Assembly: GCA_004431415.1 (NCBI GenBank)
Contig: QPMI01000395.1
Coordinates: forward strand, 496,001-560,000
From: Cyanophora paradoxa CCMP329
Lineage: Eukaryota > Plantae > Glaucophyta
Reading direction: 5' to 3'
Length of the DNA: 64,000 nt
Shown here: in pieces, positions 1-13,599 of the stretch
How positions within the stretch are numbered: the first letter of the stretch is position 1
Layout of the letters: each line of letters starts with the position of its first letter
Translations under genes and position numbers: made by a program
Notes under the pieces: model-generated
The model's database searches: none
What the model saw: only the letters and a program-made list of their open reading frames with translations
Told to the model about the DNA's origin: nothing

Positions 1-3000
1 CTCGTATTCGTCCAGGACCGAGAATACCGCTTCAAACAACACCCAAGCTTCAGAATGTATTTTAGATTCGCCCTTAACGGGCGCCGCGCACTGGGATCAA
101 GAAGGAGCTCGACGAGCTTGTCGGCCGCCCGCTTTTCCAGCGTGGACTCCAGCTCGTGCAGGGACTCAGCGACGCCCCATGCCGCTTCCGCGTCTTCTGT
201 CGCGAGCTCCATTTGCTCCCGGAGCTTCTCGAGTTTCGGCTTGTCCAGGCCGGCGCCGGCCCTTGCGTACGCCCACGTCGCCTCCTCCGCGCGGCGCTCC
301 GGACTGCATTCGGTTCTCTTCGACTTGAAGAAGTCTCCCAGAAGCTCGTGCATTGCCTTGCGCTTCGGGGTCGGCTTCTCCTGCGACCCGAGGTCCCACA
401 GCTCCTCCACCGCCTCTCGCGACGCCAAGTGGAAGAAGCCGAACAGCTCGCCTGCAGCATTATGTAAGGAATTAAAGAGAAAACTGAACATCATCATTGC
501 GGCGCGGGTGCCAAGCTTAAGAGCCATCATTCGCAAACACTGCGCATATGCATGCATGCCTTTCTCGATGAGAATGCGTTTCAGATCGGCCCACATGACA
601 GAGAACGCCATCTGCGAAATTGCAATCTCCAATGAGAAATAGTAAATATTAATGCCACCTTGAGATTAAGACTTGATCGTGGAATATTAATAATGCCTGC
701 ACGCGCGCACGGAAGACGGTCCAGACCCGCCCGGCTCTCCAACGTGCAGAAACCCCATGAGCTCCGACTCGGCCTAATTATCATCGATATCAAGATCAGT
801 ACTAGTGGTCCGTATCCAGGCCTAGGGTAACGTTTAAGCGCTGCATCGCGGTTCGAATTCGAACCTCACTCAAAAAAACGACGCACGATTCCTCGGCGGG
901 ACAGTGCGATGCACGAGGTCGAGTACTCGACCAGCGCGTCCCCGTGGCGGTTTGCAAGGCGGCGCAGGATGTGTACAAAGAGCTGTTTCGAGTCTCGACA
1001 GCCGAGGTACGTCTTGACGTCTGCCTCCAGACGGGCGTGAATGGAAATCATGGACAGTTCCTCCATCATCGTCTGCAGGAAAAGCTGCGCATACCCCCGC
1101 AATCAAAGAACGATATCGATCATTGCAAAAATGCGCATAATTTATAAGCAGCATCGTCCTGTTGCAGCTGGGGCTATATATATATATATATATATACCAG
1201 TTGCGCACCGGATTCTTGCAAGCGGGCGCGGCCGCTATCTTTTTGCGGAGGTCGCTTGGCAGATCAGGCTTCTCCAGCTGCTGCTTGATGATTCCGTCGA
1301 GTATGAGCTCTGTCTGGGATGGCTGGCCTTTCGGCATCTCCAGCATCTGCACCTGCACCTTGATGTTCGCCTTCTCGAGCGCTGCGCTCAGGGCTGCGCT
1401 TGGTAGGCCAGAGACGATGACTCGCAGCTTCTTGCTGGCTTGCGGAAGCCAGGAGAGGTTGAGCGCAGACGGACCGCCCTGCAGCTGGTCGATTCCATCT
1501 ATGACCAGAACAGTGCGTCCGGGCCGGTCGTCGTCTTTCGCGATGTCCTCGAGGAACAGTCGGAGCATCACGGCCACGGCGACCTCGTCCGATGAAGGCG
1601 TTTCGCTGGTGTACGCCATCCCCTTCTTCCCCGCGTCCGGCCACATGGCGACAATCTCCTCGCTGATGTGCTGGTAAATGTTTCGAAGAAATGCGCTCCC
1701 ATCTGAGCTCCCGATGAAGTGCGCGATGACGAGCTCTTCGCGATCGGCTGGAGCATTCTTCGCCCTATCTTCAACCCAATTCGCGAGAAGCGCTGAGTGA
1801 AAAATAATTACGTCAGCTGGATACCGGGCTCCAACCGCAGATCTAGAGCCAGATGCACCGCTCTTTCCGCATCCATTGTCGCCGGTCACGACCAGAATTT
1901 CGGACTGCGCAGAGCCTTCCGCCTCCGCCCCGCCCGCCGCATACGAATTGAGAAGATCGAATTGGACTTCGTCTTTGACGAAGACGCGCTGGAGGCGATA
2001 TGCGAACAAGTCGTGCTCCGCCCGCTCTCTGTCGAGCTGCGCATGAACACGAGCTTGTAAGCTTTTGACTATATATATATAAAGCGTTTAATTTGAAAGT
2101 GCGATATAATGTATATAACGAGCGGATTTTCTAGGAGGTGCCGCTTAAAAATGACAGTGCGAATACATGTTCATGTCAGCTCATGCATATTCGTTCACAT
2201 GCGCACCCAGGACGGTTGATCTTCTTCAGGGAAATCGCGCTCTAGCCACTGCGCAGCGGAAATGGAAGTAATTATAAGAGTCACCAAGTTGCCAAGTTGC
2301 AGTCGCCGGCTCCATGGCCGCTGATGCAGCCGCCGAATCCGCTTATATAATTGTAATGCGAGAGGGACCGGGGCAGGGCTAATCGCACTTCATTCAGAAC
2401 TTTGCTCATCCCTTCGCAGAGAGTCTTTATATCCGTATACTTGGAGACGCTGAAGGCTTTGTCGTGGATCTCGTTCTTCAACTGCTGGAGCGCAGTCTTC
2501 TCGAATGCGCCCTCCGCTTTATGGCCGGGTGTGTTCATTCTCGCCGCGTAAACGAGGTTATCGGACGCGAAAAAGAAGTGGCTCTTGTCACGAGATTGCT
2601 GCGATTTTGATGGTATGAGCTCCAGATCCGGATTTATAATTATATTCTAGCATATATACGCAGAAGCTCGAGTCTGGGCCGAGCCGGGGTGCCGCAGACG
2701 GCCCGCAGTGCTGGCGCGCTTAAGCTTGCCTCGGGATTGTTGAGCGCGCCTTGCCGCATCTCGAGTTCTGTGGCACTTCGCTCTGCAAACTGACGAACGA
2801 AGGGAAATCTTTTCTCGGCGACCTTGATATTCCTGCGATATCGATCGATATCCGGTCTGATGGCACATGTAGACGAACTGGGCTCACTCTTGGTACGCTT
2901 TCAGACCTGCACGCTCCTTGGCGGCGTCCTTGCACTTCTCGCTCCTGCACCACTGGCATTTCGAGGGATCTGGGGGGCTCTTCTGATCCTTCGAGTTCCC

Positions 3001-3680
3001 TTCTTTCGTGTCGGGCCCGGGCCTTTCCTTCTTAGCGTCCTCGCAGAGGTCGCTATCAGGATGTACCATCTTGGGATTGCCATTCCAGCCTGTCTGTCTA
3101 TAAGCTTCTAGCTATAGAATCCCGCCGGAGTCTGCGGCGGCATTGGCGACTCTAAGACGAACGCGCACCGTACCGCCCCTTGAGGGCCCCGATGAAATAG
3201 CCGCTGCGGTCTACCTCTTCTAAACACACCTTGAGTGTTTCGCCCTGGCCACCCATCTCCTCCGTGATGCCCCACCTGGACGCACATACATGCACATGCA
3301 GAGTAAGGCATCAACGTGGAGCGCTGCGGAAAGATTCAAATAAATATTTGGAGCCGAATTCGAACCTGAGGTCCACCATAAGGAAAGACAGGCCCCGCTT
3401 GACGCATCGCCCCCGTATCCCTGGTACAACCAGCTCGCGCACCGCATCTCCTGCGCACGTGATTCGAAAAACGCGCTCGGACAAGGCCGGATAAGGGCAA
3501 ACAGCAAAACAAGGACGACGCACGCTCTGCCTGCAGATCTTCCTGCAGTTCGAAGGGCGAAGGCATGCGGACGTTCAGACGATCGAGAGAGAAGGGCAAG
3601 CCATTTTATGTTTGCAGAAAGTCAACGCACGAAGGTAGACGAGAAGAATACACGGAATTTGCGGCTTTCCTGCCCAGGTC
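1..3680 (-). CDS. DUF4062 + NACHT (STAND NTPase) protein, TEP1/NPHP3-like architecture; multi-exon, 3' part runs off window, start codon not located
   Basis: Spliced exons read RVFFSSTF|EDLQAER|DAVRELVVPGIRGRCVKRGLSFLMVDLR|WGITEEMGGQGETLKVCLEEVDRSGYFIG (DUF4062 consensus). Walker A LVVTGDNGCGKS, then IAHFIGSS, and Walker B LVIDGIDQL in ORF 870..2009. Confidence 0.8.
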
Positions 3681-5602
3681 GGGAGGATCTCGTGGCCCTC
3701 CATTGCGGGAGGCTTACGTTCGAGAGCTGATTCGGCCGAGGCCGGCGCCGATATGCATGTGAAGTGTTCTGTGCGAGGATTTGTGAGGACCGCCCGGCGG
3801 CCCGCGGACCGGTACCGAATACGCGTACTTATACGTATCTACGTATACAGTATACGCACTGTACACGTACTAACGCAAATGGCTATATATACATTATGGT
3901 ACTGCTAATACTAGTCTTATTGCTTATAATTGCAATTGTATATGAATGTGCGTACTTTCGACTTCGCAGCGTCGTACTGATCATGATGGCCGATAGGCGG
4001 CTGACCAAGATCGGCTGTATCGGTCGCGGGACCGTTCTTGCGGCTGACGACGTCGACGTCGACGTCGACGTCCGGCGATATCGATAGATGTACACGCTCG
4101 TCGCCGTTTTCGTCGGATGCATACGGCGGTAGGATCACTTGGGGCTGCTCCAGACTTATCTTTACGGAGCAGCACCCTCCCATCGCTTACAGCAGCAATA
4201 ATACAGCTACGTGGGTGCTGGACCTGTGGCTAGCTGGGGCTCGGTGGAGCCGGCGCTCACACACACCCCTGAACGTTAACGGCTGCAAACGTTTACGTTA
4301 CGACTCGGCGAAGCCTGCGCATGCGCAACTGCTAGACTCTGAGACGCGAGTGCTCACACCGAACCGGATCAACGTTGACCGAATTGGCGAGGGCTACACT
4401 GCGGCAGGCTGCAGCTGCAGCCGCAAACGTTACTAAGCCTGCAACTGCTAGACGCAAATGCTATAAAACATCGGATCTTTAACACGCCATGCAGCGCCAG
4501 CCCATGTCACAGTGTTCAAGTGTTGCGCGGCGATGCGCGCTGCGCGCATTGTCCGATGATATCGATCATCCCGGATTCATCCTCATCAGGGCCTGCATCC
4601 TCAGCTGCAGGCTGCACGCAAACAGTATCCCATGATGCATGATCATGCATCATGGTACCACCGGTATGTGCTGCGCTGCCTGCCCGGCGGCCGCAGACTC
4701 GCACTGCGGCAGTGCGCTACCGGGTAGTGGCAGCCCACTGGCAGGCCGCTGGCCCGCTGGCAGCGCGACCGTGACCCGGGAGAGTATGCTACGGTAGAGC
4801 TGGCCATGGGTTCACTGAGTCAGTCCGACGGTCATGCCGCAGTGCAGGCTCAGCCTGAAAAAGCCTTAGTAAGTCAACCCAAGGTTCAGTCAGGCTACGG
4901 TGCAAAACTCAGGAAAATGACCCGGAATGACCCAGACTCTGAGATGCGATCCATCTAAGTTGCCAAGCACAGTACACGGGCAGTAGAGGGTGATTAGACG
5001 AGCAAAGAACACTGGAGAAAGGAATTCGGCCGTTAGCTATAGTCTCCGCGGCCGCGGGCGGTTTCGTTCCGAAGTTCAGATTTCGTTGCACGTTTTTCTC
5101 GATCCGATGATCGCGATGTAAGACGACAGAAGATCCTTTTTAGGTCGATCCACGTCAAGGTTCAGATGGGAAAAGCCCATGGGGGGCACGCTCCCAGCAG
5201 AGCATTGCAATTGTATCAATTTGTATGGCCCAGTGGTACTGAGAGAACCTCAGTCGGCCAACCGGGGCCCCTGCCATCTGGCGCGGCACTGCGGCAGTAG
5301 CGCCAATGCTGCGCCATGCAGGCTGATGCAGGCTGATGCAGCGGGCCGGGCGCACTGGCCAGTGGCCATGGCCCATGGCCCATGGGCTGCCTGGCGGTGC
5401 CTGGCACTGCCTGCCAGCGCCGCTGCTTAGTGTGTTCGCTAAGTTTCAAGTTCAACGGTTGAAGAAGCTTACCAGTAAGTTCAACGTCATGATCAATTTG
5501 AAGCTAGGTAAAGCTAAGAAGCTGGCATGAGTCCGCAATGACTCCGCATGACTCTTGAGGAAGGCAATATTATCTTGAAAAATTTCTAGCGAGTCCGGCC
5601 AA

Positions 5603-6030
5603 TTTTTTTTTTGAGAGACTACGGTGGGGCGAACCCCCCGTAGGTAGTGATATTAAAGACAACAAAGCAATCACAAATCAAAGATACAGTAAACTAGCAC
5701 AAAATATATACAGAATCAAGAGGGATCACGAGAAAGGACACGATCAGAAGAACGCAAAAGATAAGGAGAACGAGCACGAGGAGAAGGAGTAGAAGAGCTC
5801 AAGGGCGTCGATGCAGAAGTACTAGTCACACTAGAACGACGAGGAGCACGGGGACGCAGCAAATAAGGAGAACGAGCACGAGGAACTACAGTCGAAGACG
5901 AAGATCTAGACGAAGACGACAAGACAGAGCTAACAGCAGAACTAGAAGACGTAGTCGCAGGAGGCAAAGGCGGTAGAACAGTAGGAGAGGCGAAACGTAG
6001 GACACCACTAGAGGGGAAAGTCGAAGAATT
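5603..6030 (-). mobile_element. 5'-truncated retroposed (non-LTR-like) fragment with 3' stem-loop and A10 tail
   Basis: Minus strand: Ser-rich ORF tail (5716..5967), short 3' UTR, hairpin CTACGGGGGG-TTCG-CCCCACCGTAG (5619-5643), then A10 (5603-5612). Strand composition differs sharply from flanks. No RT motif or TSD found. Confidence 0.4.
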
Positions 6031-6309
6031 GAAGCTAAGAATAGATCTTAAAAATAAGCCAAATATATTTGTGACGAATCTTTTTATACAATCTTTTAAT
6101 CGAAGCTAAAAATAGCCATTGGGGCCCCGAGGGCCCGAGGTAAAATTTATCACGAAGTGTCACGTCATGATCAGCTGTCAGGCGCGAACCCGCGTCGCGT
6201 CACGGCATCGTGATCAGGTGACCGTGACTTCGTGAGTCCCTGACCGCTTCGGCTTCATAATTGATTTCGAATTGAAATGAAATCAGTGCCGCCGCTGCCG
6301 CGCCGGCGC

Positions 6310-6710
6310 TAGGGTTGCCGTGTCCATGGACATGTCAATCAACCCGGTGGACATGGACATCGGACACTGAAATGGTTTTTATTAAATGCCAGAAGCTTAA
6401 GTGAGGCGGCGGCCGCGGCCCGCGGGGCAGCTTTGGCGAGGTTCACGCTGCGCATGCCCTCCGCCTCTTTCCAAGCATCAGAAACGTGTTGCTAACGTTA
6501 GCCAACGTGTTTAGAGCACGTTTCTGCCAACGTGTTTAGAGCACGTTTAGCACGCGTTTCAGCCAGTTTCGAGGGGTATCTCCCCTAATGTCCACGGACA
6601 ATGTCCACTTGGGGCACCAGTCCCCTAATACACTAGGGATTACTAAAAAAAACCCGGACCCATGGCCACGGACATTGACATGACATGTCCGCGGACATGG
6701 ACTCCGACGG
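6310..6710. mobile_element. Possible DNA-transposon (hAT-like) termini remnants
   Basis: TAGGG starts at 6310 and 6634, CCCTA near 6583 and 6623; clustered GGACA/TGTCC and AACGTGTT motifs resembling subterminal repeats. No clean TIR pair or TSD. Confidence 0.3.
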
Positions 6711-7918
6711 GCTACCAGTAGTCCGACGGTCTGGTGGTGGCCACTGCCCAGTGCCCACTGCCCACTGGCGGGACTCTGGACTCCGGGAGTCTGGCACCGG
6801 CCGCGGGGCCCTGCCAGGCTGGCGCCGGCGGGCCGGCGCCGGCGGCCGGCGGCCGGGCATGCAGCGGCGGGCACGGCGGGCAGTGCCGCCACTGGGCCAG
6901 TGCGGGGGCAGCGGGGCCACTGCCGCAGTGCGGGCACGGGCCGGGCCGCCGCACGGCCCGCACGGCCCGGCACGGCCCGCACGGGCCGCCGCGGCCGGGC
7001 GCGCCCGGATTATCATCGCCGATTCATCGGTCCTGAGTCTCCTGAGTCCTGACATCGGAACTTCGGAATCGATGATCGGATCATCGATATCGGATGCAGC
7101 TTTCGAATTCCATACTAAACGGTAGTACTGTAGTACGTAGTACCGGTAAATTACGCCAGTCGCCGCGTGGCAGTCGCGGCGCCCGGCCACCCGGTGACCG
7201 TACGCGTGGCACTCAGCCTGTGACTCTGGCTGTGAGGCTGTGACTGTAGTACCGTAGTACGCAAACTTGAAACGCGCACTGCGCATGCGGCACGCGTGCG
7301 CTCCGAATCCTACCGATACAAAATTGCAGTTGCGGCGCCGCCGGGCCGCCTGCGACGCCCTGCGTTACCGTAGCACTAAAGTTAGACACCCGCGGCCGGC
7401 CTCACCGCCGGCGCCGCGCCGGGCCGCGGCCGCACCCGGCTTTGATTTCGACCACGCATACATAGAAGCCTCAAACTATAGATCTAGATCTAGATCTGCA
7501 GCTGCAAGCCTGGCAGCGTGGCGGTAATTCGCGTTATCGATGTCCAACAACTTCAAGTTCGACTACATCAAGGAAAGGTGCTTACGCATGCATGCGCATG
7601 CATATGCATGTGGTACCGGTTGAGCTTAAGCTTACGCATAATTATGAATAGATATAAATGAACAAATGACGACTGCCATGGCCAGGCTGGCCTTGCAATT
7701 GGCCTATGTATGTGTATATGCATAGCTACACGTGCGCATATACATGTATAGTTGGCTTGTTCGCCTTTGCACACCGGCGCTGCGTGTATATGAGACTTTG
7801 TCTGCGCAGGCTTGGGGAAGCAGAATTCGAAGCGCCGCGTGTCCGCCCGCCCGAGCACGCGCAAATGCATTCGGCGCACACCCCAAACCGCGGGCCATGG
7901 CCGGCGGCAAGGCCCACA

Positions 7919-10900
7919 ATGGTAGCGCCTGGCGCGAAAGTCGCCGACGCGGCCCCAGCTGTAGCGAGCCATGGCCACGGCGTAACCTGCATTCCCGTTG
8001 AGCCGAATTGGGTTCCAGAGGATGAGAAGAAGTGCGCCGAATTCTGATCATGATATCGATGCTGCGCATTCGGATACGCACGCATTTGTTATACGTACGT
8101 ATACGAATTGTTTTCTGCGTGCGCAGGTTCGGAATCGACATGCCAATGCTCCTGCCGGGTGCGAACCTCAGACAGCGGCCACGGCCGCGTAACAAGCAGC
8201 ACATCTTCGAATTCTTCAGATCTGAGCGAACTTTGCGAGCGCAGGAGAAACTCTAATCGGCATCTACACGCATGCCGAAGGGCTGAAATACAAGCAGGTG
8301 GTTTTGGGCGTTCGTGAAATAAGAAGGCTTATTAAAAACAAATTGAATTTATGATCACGCGTTACAACAATCTTTTATGCATGTAGAGCAACCAGATACC
8401 AGATCCAGACTGCAGCTAGCTGACACACATGCGCAGGGCATATCTGTAAAGCCTCCTAATGAAGTGAAGACGCACAAAGATGTGACCGAAGATACGGAGA
8501 TCATACAAAACAAGGTAAGACTGGCTACGTAAATCGTAGAACACGTGCACGCATGTGAACACCCCAGCTCAAACCTCTTGATCGTGAAATGTCTCGCACA
8601 GTGGTGGCCCCATGCAATCAAGTGCAAGGAACTTTGCCTCTGTGACTGCTACTGCAATGTTGGCGCGTGGTGCTGCTACAAGAAGATTTGGACGGAAGAC
8701 GTGGACAAGAAAACCACGACCGGCTGCTGCCTGTGCTGCCCCTGCGGGACTAGTGCGCGAGCCCAAGCCGGATCTGCGTGGGATCATTAAACATTCTCGC
8801 GATTCGACTTCCTTGACTCACGTGCACATGCACGCCCGCAATCCCCAGACGTCGGAGAGCCGTGCGCTGCCTTCCTGCCTTCATTTACTTCGCTGCTGCG
8901 AAATCAATAGTTATATAGGCTACTACCTAAACCTGAACATGTTTCTGGCAGGTTCTGGCAGGGGCACCAGAGATGCATCCCTCTGAAACTTTGTGCGCAA
9001 CGACTAACCTTTCTTAAGCAATAAATAGTCCTCTAGACTTTAGGCAAAACTTAAAATCGATGGACTTTTAAGTCTCCGAGCACTTGCAATTAATTGATAT
9101 TGTCCGTAACGGTCGCGATCGCTCTGCGCAGGCCGAGACCGGCTCTGCATGTGCCCGCAGCTGAAAATGACGTGCACATGTGCGCTTTGCTTCGAATTAA
9201 TTCCCCGATTGGGCGCTAATATAATCGGTTGCACACGGGGACTGAAATTTAAAGGCAAAGAATCCGGTCCTGGGAGTTGCTGCGAAGTAGAATACGACGT
9301 CGAGAGTGGCGGAGGGCGGGCGTGGAGCTGCTTCGTACGTCGAAATCCGCAATTGAAATGACCGTTTCGATCTTGAAATTGACCATTTCCAGCCTCCGCA
9401 CGGATGCACGTGCTTCTGGAGCCGCTGCATCATCTGGCCCTACTGTTGCCCCCAGTAATTTTTGTCTCATACTCTTTCCAATTCTATCACGGACTTGCGC
9501 TCCGATCCGCAGATACGTGCAGGGCCACACTCGGAAATTGAAGGCGCACACGAGCTCTTGATTGCAATCACTTTCCTTTAATTTAGCTATACGCTCACCA
9601 TTCCTTTGATTGCTTCGGAATTCAGGTCGAAATAGTTGAAAAAACGAAGACGATCGAGACAGAGGAGGCTGCAGGATATGTGGAGCGGCCACGAGACTTG
9701 GACTACCAGGTTCCTTTCAACAGTGCGCCTCTACGAAAATCAAAACAAGCTTACCAAAGCTTGCATTGTATGACATGCATTGCGATCCAACGCGCGCTCG
9801 CAGTGGATCGCGTCATATTCACGACACAGCGTGCTATTCTCGTCACTTGGCGCCAGGATGTGGACGTCAAGGTCGGCTTCTATACATACGCACATGCGCA
9901 ATTAAATACTAAATTTAAAAGCTGATGGAAAACTTGCGATCGATCTCAGGATTCAATCACAATCTGGCGCAAGGTTTGCTGCAGCCGTCCCGACATCGAT
10001 TAATATTGCCGGCAGCTGCAGCATCGCATTGCAAAACCTGACGGGATCGATCGCCGTTCGATCCCGAAATTGCTGCAGGACATCGACGCCGTCCGCTACA
10101 GGATCCGGCGTGTGTTGAGCGGCGATGCCAAGGGCTCTGTTGTCCTTCCCGGGTTCTCCGTGCCCCGGTACCTCCAGCTGGGGTGAGGCAAAGCCCGCAC
10201 ACGTACATTATTATTTTAAGTAATTGCAAGCGCCTCTGACATGAAATTTGGATAGGTTGCAAAGCCTCTCCCTTGCTGCGGCCGTTTTCAGAAAAGCTCT
10301 AGGTGCTGAAAAGAAAAACCAGGTATGTTGATTTGGTTTGCATGCGCAGGTGTGCCCCAGCGGAGTTTTTGATCCTCGTGTCGGCCGCAGAGGAGAAAGA
10401 AGGCCAGCCAACGCTGCTGCTGCTGCATTCCAATCACGCCGGGCTGCTGCGATGTGCGTCTGTTAGAGTGCACCTGCTAAATTTCCATGCCTAAGCTTGT
10501 TCCCTGAACGAACTCTTGCCCATGAAAGCGAACTGATGCATATCGGTTTTTTGCGCCCCCAGGTTTTCACTGGAGATTTCACTTGCTGTCGTGAGCTCGG
10601 ACGAAATTGCTGCTATGCCCTCACTTGCAAAAAGCGGAAGCAGAAGATCGTCAGTGCTCGTTACTCGGAATCCCACCCTCGTCGACCGTCTCGCTCAGTT
10701 TCCTCGACGACTGACTCTCTGCATGCTACATACAGGACGATGAGATTGGCTATCTTCGGGACGACATCTACATGCTTGACGACGACGGGGACGTCAAGGG
10801 CTCGCTCGAGCGGGAGTCGATAATATTCAAGAAGAAGCGTAAGCAGCCTGATGATTTATTTTGTATATGATTATATAAATCATTTGCGCGCGGCCTTGAA

Positions 10901-12616
10901 GCCCATGTCCATCGTTAATATTTCAAGTTCTATTAATTATATAACAGAGTATAACTACTTTTTGGAGATGGAGTACTTTCTGAAGCTGGCGAGCTCAAGC
11001 CGACACATGGAGTATCACGACAACGATGGCGACACGAATTCGAACAGGCCAAGGGGCAACATCTGGAATGGTTCCATCCCCTCCTATACCTATCGATATA
11101 TCCATACGATTTTATGGCAAGCTTAAGCCTGGGGAGCACCGCCTGGAGTTTATAATTATGCTTGATTATAAGCTTATCCATGATAGAGAGCTTATAATTA
11201 AGCCTGGAGAGCGCCGCCCACCGATTCATGTACGTGTGTCGCAGTGCGCATTCTCGGCGACGAGGTGGAAAGCCTCAAGCAGGCGCTCGACCGCTGGACG
11301 ACGATGACCGGCGATTACGTCAAGCCGCCGACGATGCAAGTGCGTCGTCAACGCTGAACGTGAACGTCGCGCGCCGGAACATTAATCTGCGCGGCCGCGG
11401 CACATTTATATATGTCGATATATAAGTGATTTTAATGAAACTTGATCTGAGCGCGGCTTGTATATACACGCAGCCCCCTGGAGGAATGTTCATGTACTAC
11501 ACACAGACGAAGGAGCAAGAGGACAAGACTGTCATCGCGGTGAGGATTGAAACGCTATTAATACCGCATATCAACCGCTAGCATGGACCATCGATACTTA
11601 GAAGCTTTAATCTGACACGAAACTGCGATCCTAACCTTTCGAACTTAATCTGACATTTCGAACCTTTAATCTGACACGCGTATATACGTGCGAACATGCG
11701 ATCAGGGCCACTTCGAGGGCGCAGTGGGCGACTGGGGCTTCGGTATCTCCAAAGAGACGAAGAAATGTACGCTTCGTTCAAATTTTATCCATCTGATCCA
11801 CTGTTGTCCGTTCACATTCAGTCCGTCTTATCATGAAATACGCGCGCAGCGAGCGTGCGGCCAGAGGCGAAGACTGACCAGCAAAGCTTGGCTTTGGCCG
11901 GCGCTGATTTTGGCGAGAAGGCCTTCGAAGCCACTCCCTCTAGATCTGGCGCTGCGGGAGGCCCCGCGGCCGGCGCCGGCGCCGGCGCCGAGGGTGCGGG
12001 ATCCGGTGCAGGTGGCGACTCGTCTGCACAGGTCAATTTAATTCCTCGTAATGTGTATAATGCGTGTGTGCGACGGCTCGGCAGGACCGGGGGAACGCCC
12101 CGCGCGAAGACTCGCGATCGCACTCAGAGGACCGTGCCGGCGCGTACCCCCCTCCCTCCCCTCCCCCTATTCTGCTGCTTGCAATTGCTGATCACGAACG
12201 AATCGAATGTGCAGGAGCGGCCGCTTCTTCGGATCCGGAGCAGCCGCAGCAGCGCATGCCCCCGGGAATGGTTCATGATCAGTACACCCCACGCAAGGGC
12301 GAGGGCGAGGGCGAGGGCGATGCGGCGTCGGCTTCGGCGCCGCTCTGGGGCTCAGGTGTGGCACCCCTCGCCGGAGGCCGGTCCCAGGGCATGATGGCGG
12401 CGCCCGCGCCCGTTTCGGTGCGCCCGTTATTAATTTTGGCGGCCGCGGCCGCGGGTGCATGCCGCATTAATTTTATAATATTGGCGCTTAACTATGAAGA
12501 CGGCGCCGGCGCAGGTGGCTTTCAAAGGCTACTCGAGTGAGTGATCATGATCATGCACTCAATTTAATCTGCAGCAGGGACGTCTCCAGATCCCCGAATC
12601 CCCTATAGCTAAGTAA
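7919..12616 (+). CDS. Multi-exon hypothetical protein with Cys/Trp-rich N-terminal region (could be two genes)
   Basis: Chain of exons with plausible splice sites: MVAPGAK..., WWPHAIKCKELCLCDCYCNVGAWCC..., CKESGPGSCCEVEY..., PPHGCTCFWSRCIIWPYCCP, VDRVIFTTQRAILV, DDEIGYLRDDIYML, GHFEGAVGDWGFG, ...ESPIAK*. Not every junction phase was verified. Confidence 0.55.
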
Positions 12617-12762
12617 TTGTAGTCGCAAATTTATTTCAACGCTTATCATAGAAATCAAGCCCGAGCCGCGTCACGGGGTGCATACACAAAATAATATTCG
12701 AAACTTGCAAGTCAATCCTTGGCAAAGAGCTAGAGGGCGGCACAACAAGCACGCGCGGCCGG

Positions 12763-13123
12763 CTAGTCGTCGGGGTACGCGGCCGCGAGGTCGGGGGTAG
12801 GCTCGTAGCGGCCCTTCGCCGCGTCCCATCGGATGAAGTGCCGCCCCAGTACCCCGCAGCGATCTGGCGGGACCGGCCCCTCCGCAGGCCGCAGCTCCCC
12901 CTCCCCGGCTGCCTTGAGCGTCGGCGGGGGAAGGAACGGGAGGGCGGGCGGCGGGGGTACAGCCGCACCGAACATCTCGTCCCCTCTACCGTCGGGCGTC
13001 TCATGCTGCAGCCCTGGTTTTAGACTTCAGAGGTCCACGCGGAACAGGGGTACGGCGCACGATGAGCTTGTAGCGCGGGGGTACGATGCCCGGGGCGTCC
13101 CAGCCCACCACGGCCCCCAGTAC
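12763..13123 (-). pseudogene. Duplicated 3' end (YccV-like domain) of FBXO21-like gene
   Basis: Near-identical to 29172..29533 (GAVVGWDAP...LGRHFIRWD.AKGRYEPTPDLAAAYPDD*); upstream exons absent. Confidence 0.8.
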
Positions 13124-13130
13124 CCACGAG

Positions 13131-13280
13131 CCGCTCTCGTGGCTATGACCTCTCTTAATTATAGGCTCGCCCGCGCGCAGGAGGGGGACGACTTCGACTT
13201 CGCTGAGGCCATCGCCGCCGCCGACGCCAAAGCCGCCGCCGCCGACCTCGCCGCCTAGCCGCCTAGCCGCCCACAGCTAG
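13131..13280 (+). pseudogene. Orphan copy of last intron end and last exon of the 15258..16689 gene
   Basis: Matches 16562..16711 (EGDDFDFAEAIAAADA.AAAADL.A*). Confidence 0.85.
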
Positions 13281-13599
13281 CGCTAGCCGCCCGCCCAGAA
13301 TCGCGCGGCAGCGATCGCGAGCGCGGCAGCTTGCGATTGCGATATCGATATCGATCGCAATTGCCCGCCCCCGACTTCGTTGAAATGGCAGTACTAGTTC
13401 TGGAGTGGCCGTGGAGCATGCATATATGCTCGCCGGGTTCCGCTCGGGCGAGAAAGAGGTGGGGGCCCGCGGCCGGGGCCGGAGGATGGGGAGGGTGGGG
13501 AGGTTCGGGGGGTTCAGGTGGGGCGGAGGCTCCGCGGGCGGCGGCGCGCGGGGCGGCGGCGCGGCTCGCTGGCGGGGCGGCGGCGCGGCTCGCGATCGG

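Noticed and set aside
5619-5647. Helitron 3' end
   Set aside because: Hairpin is followed immediately by GTAG, not a spaced CTRR; the minus-strand hairpin plus A tail fits retroposition better.
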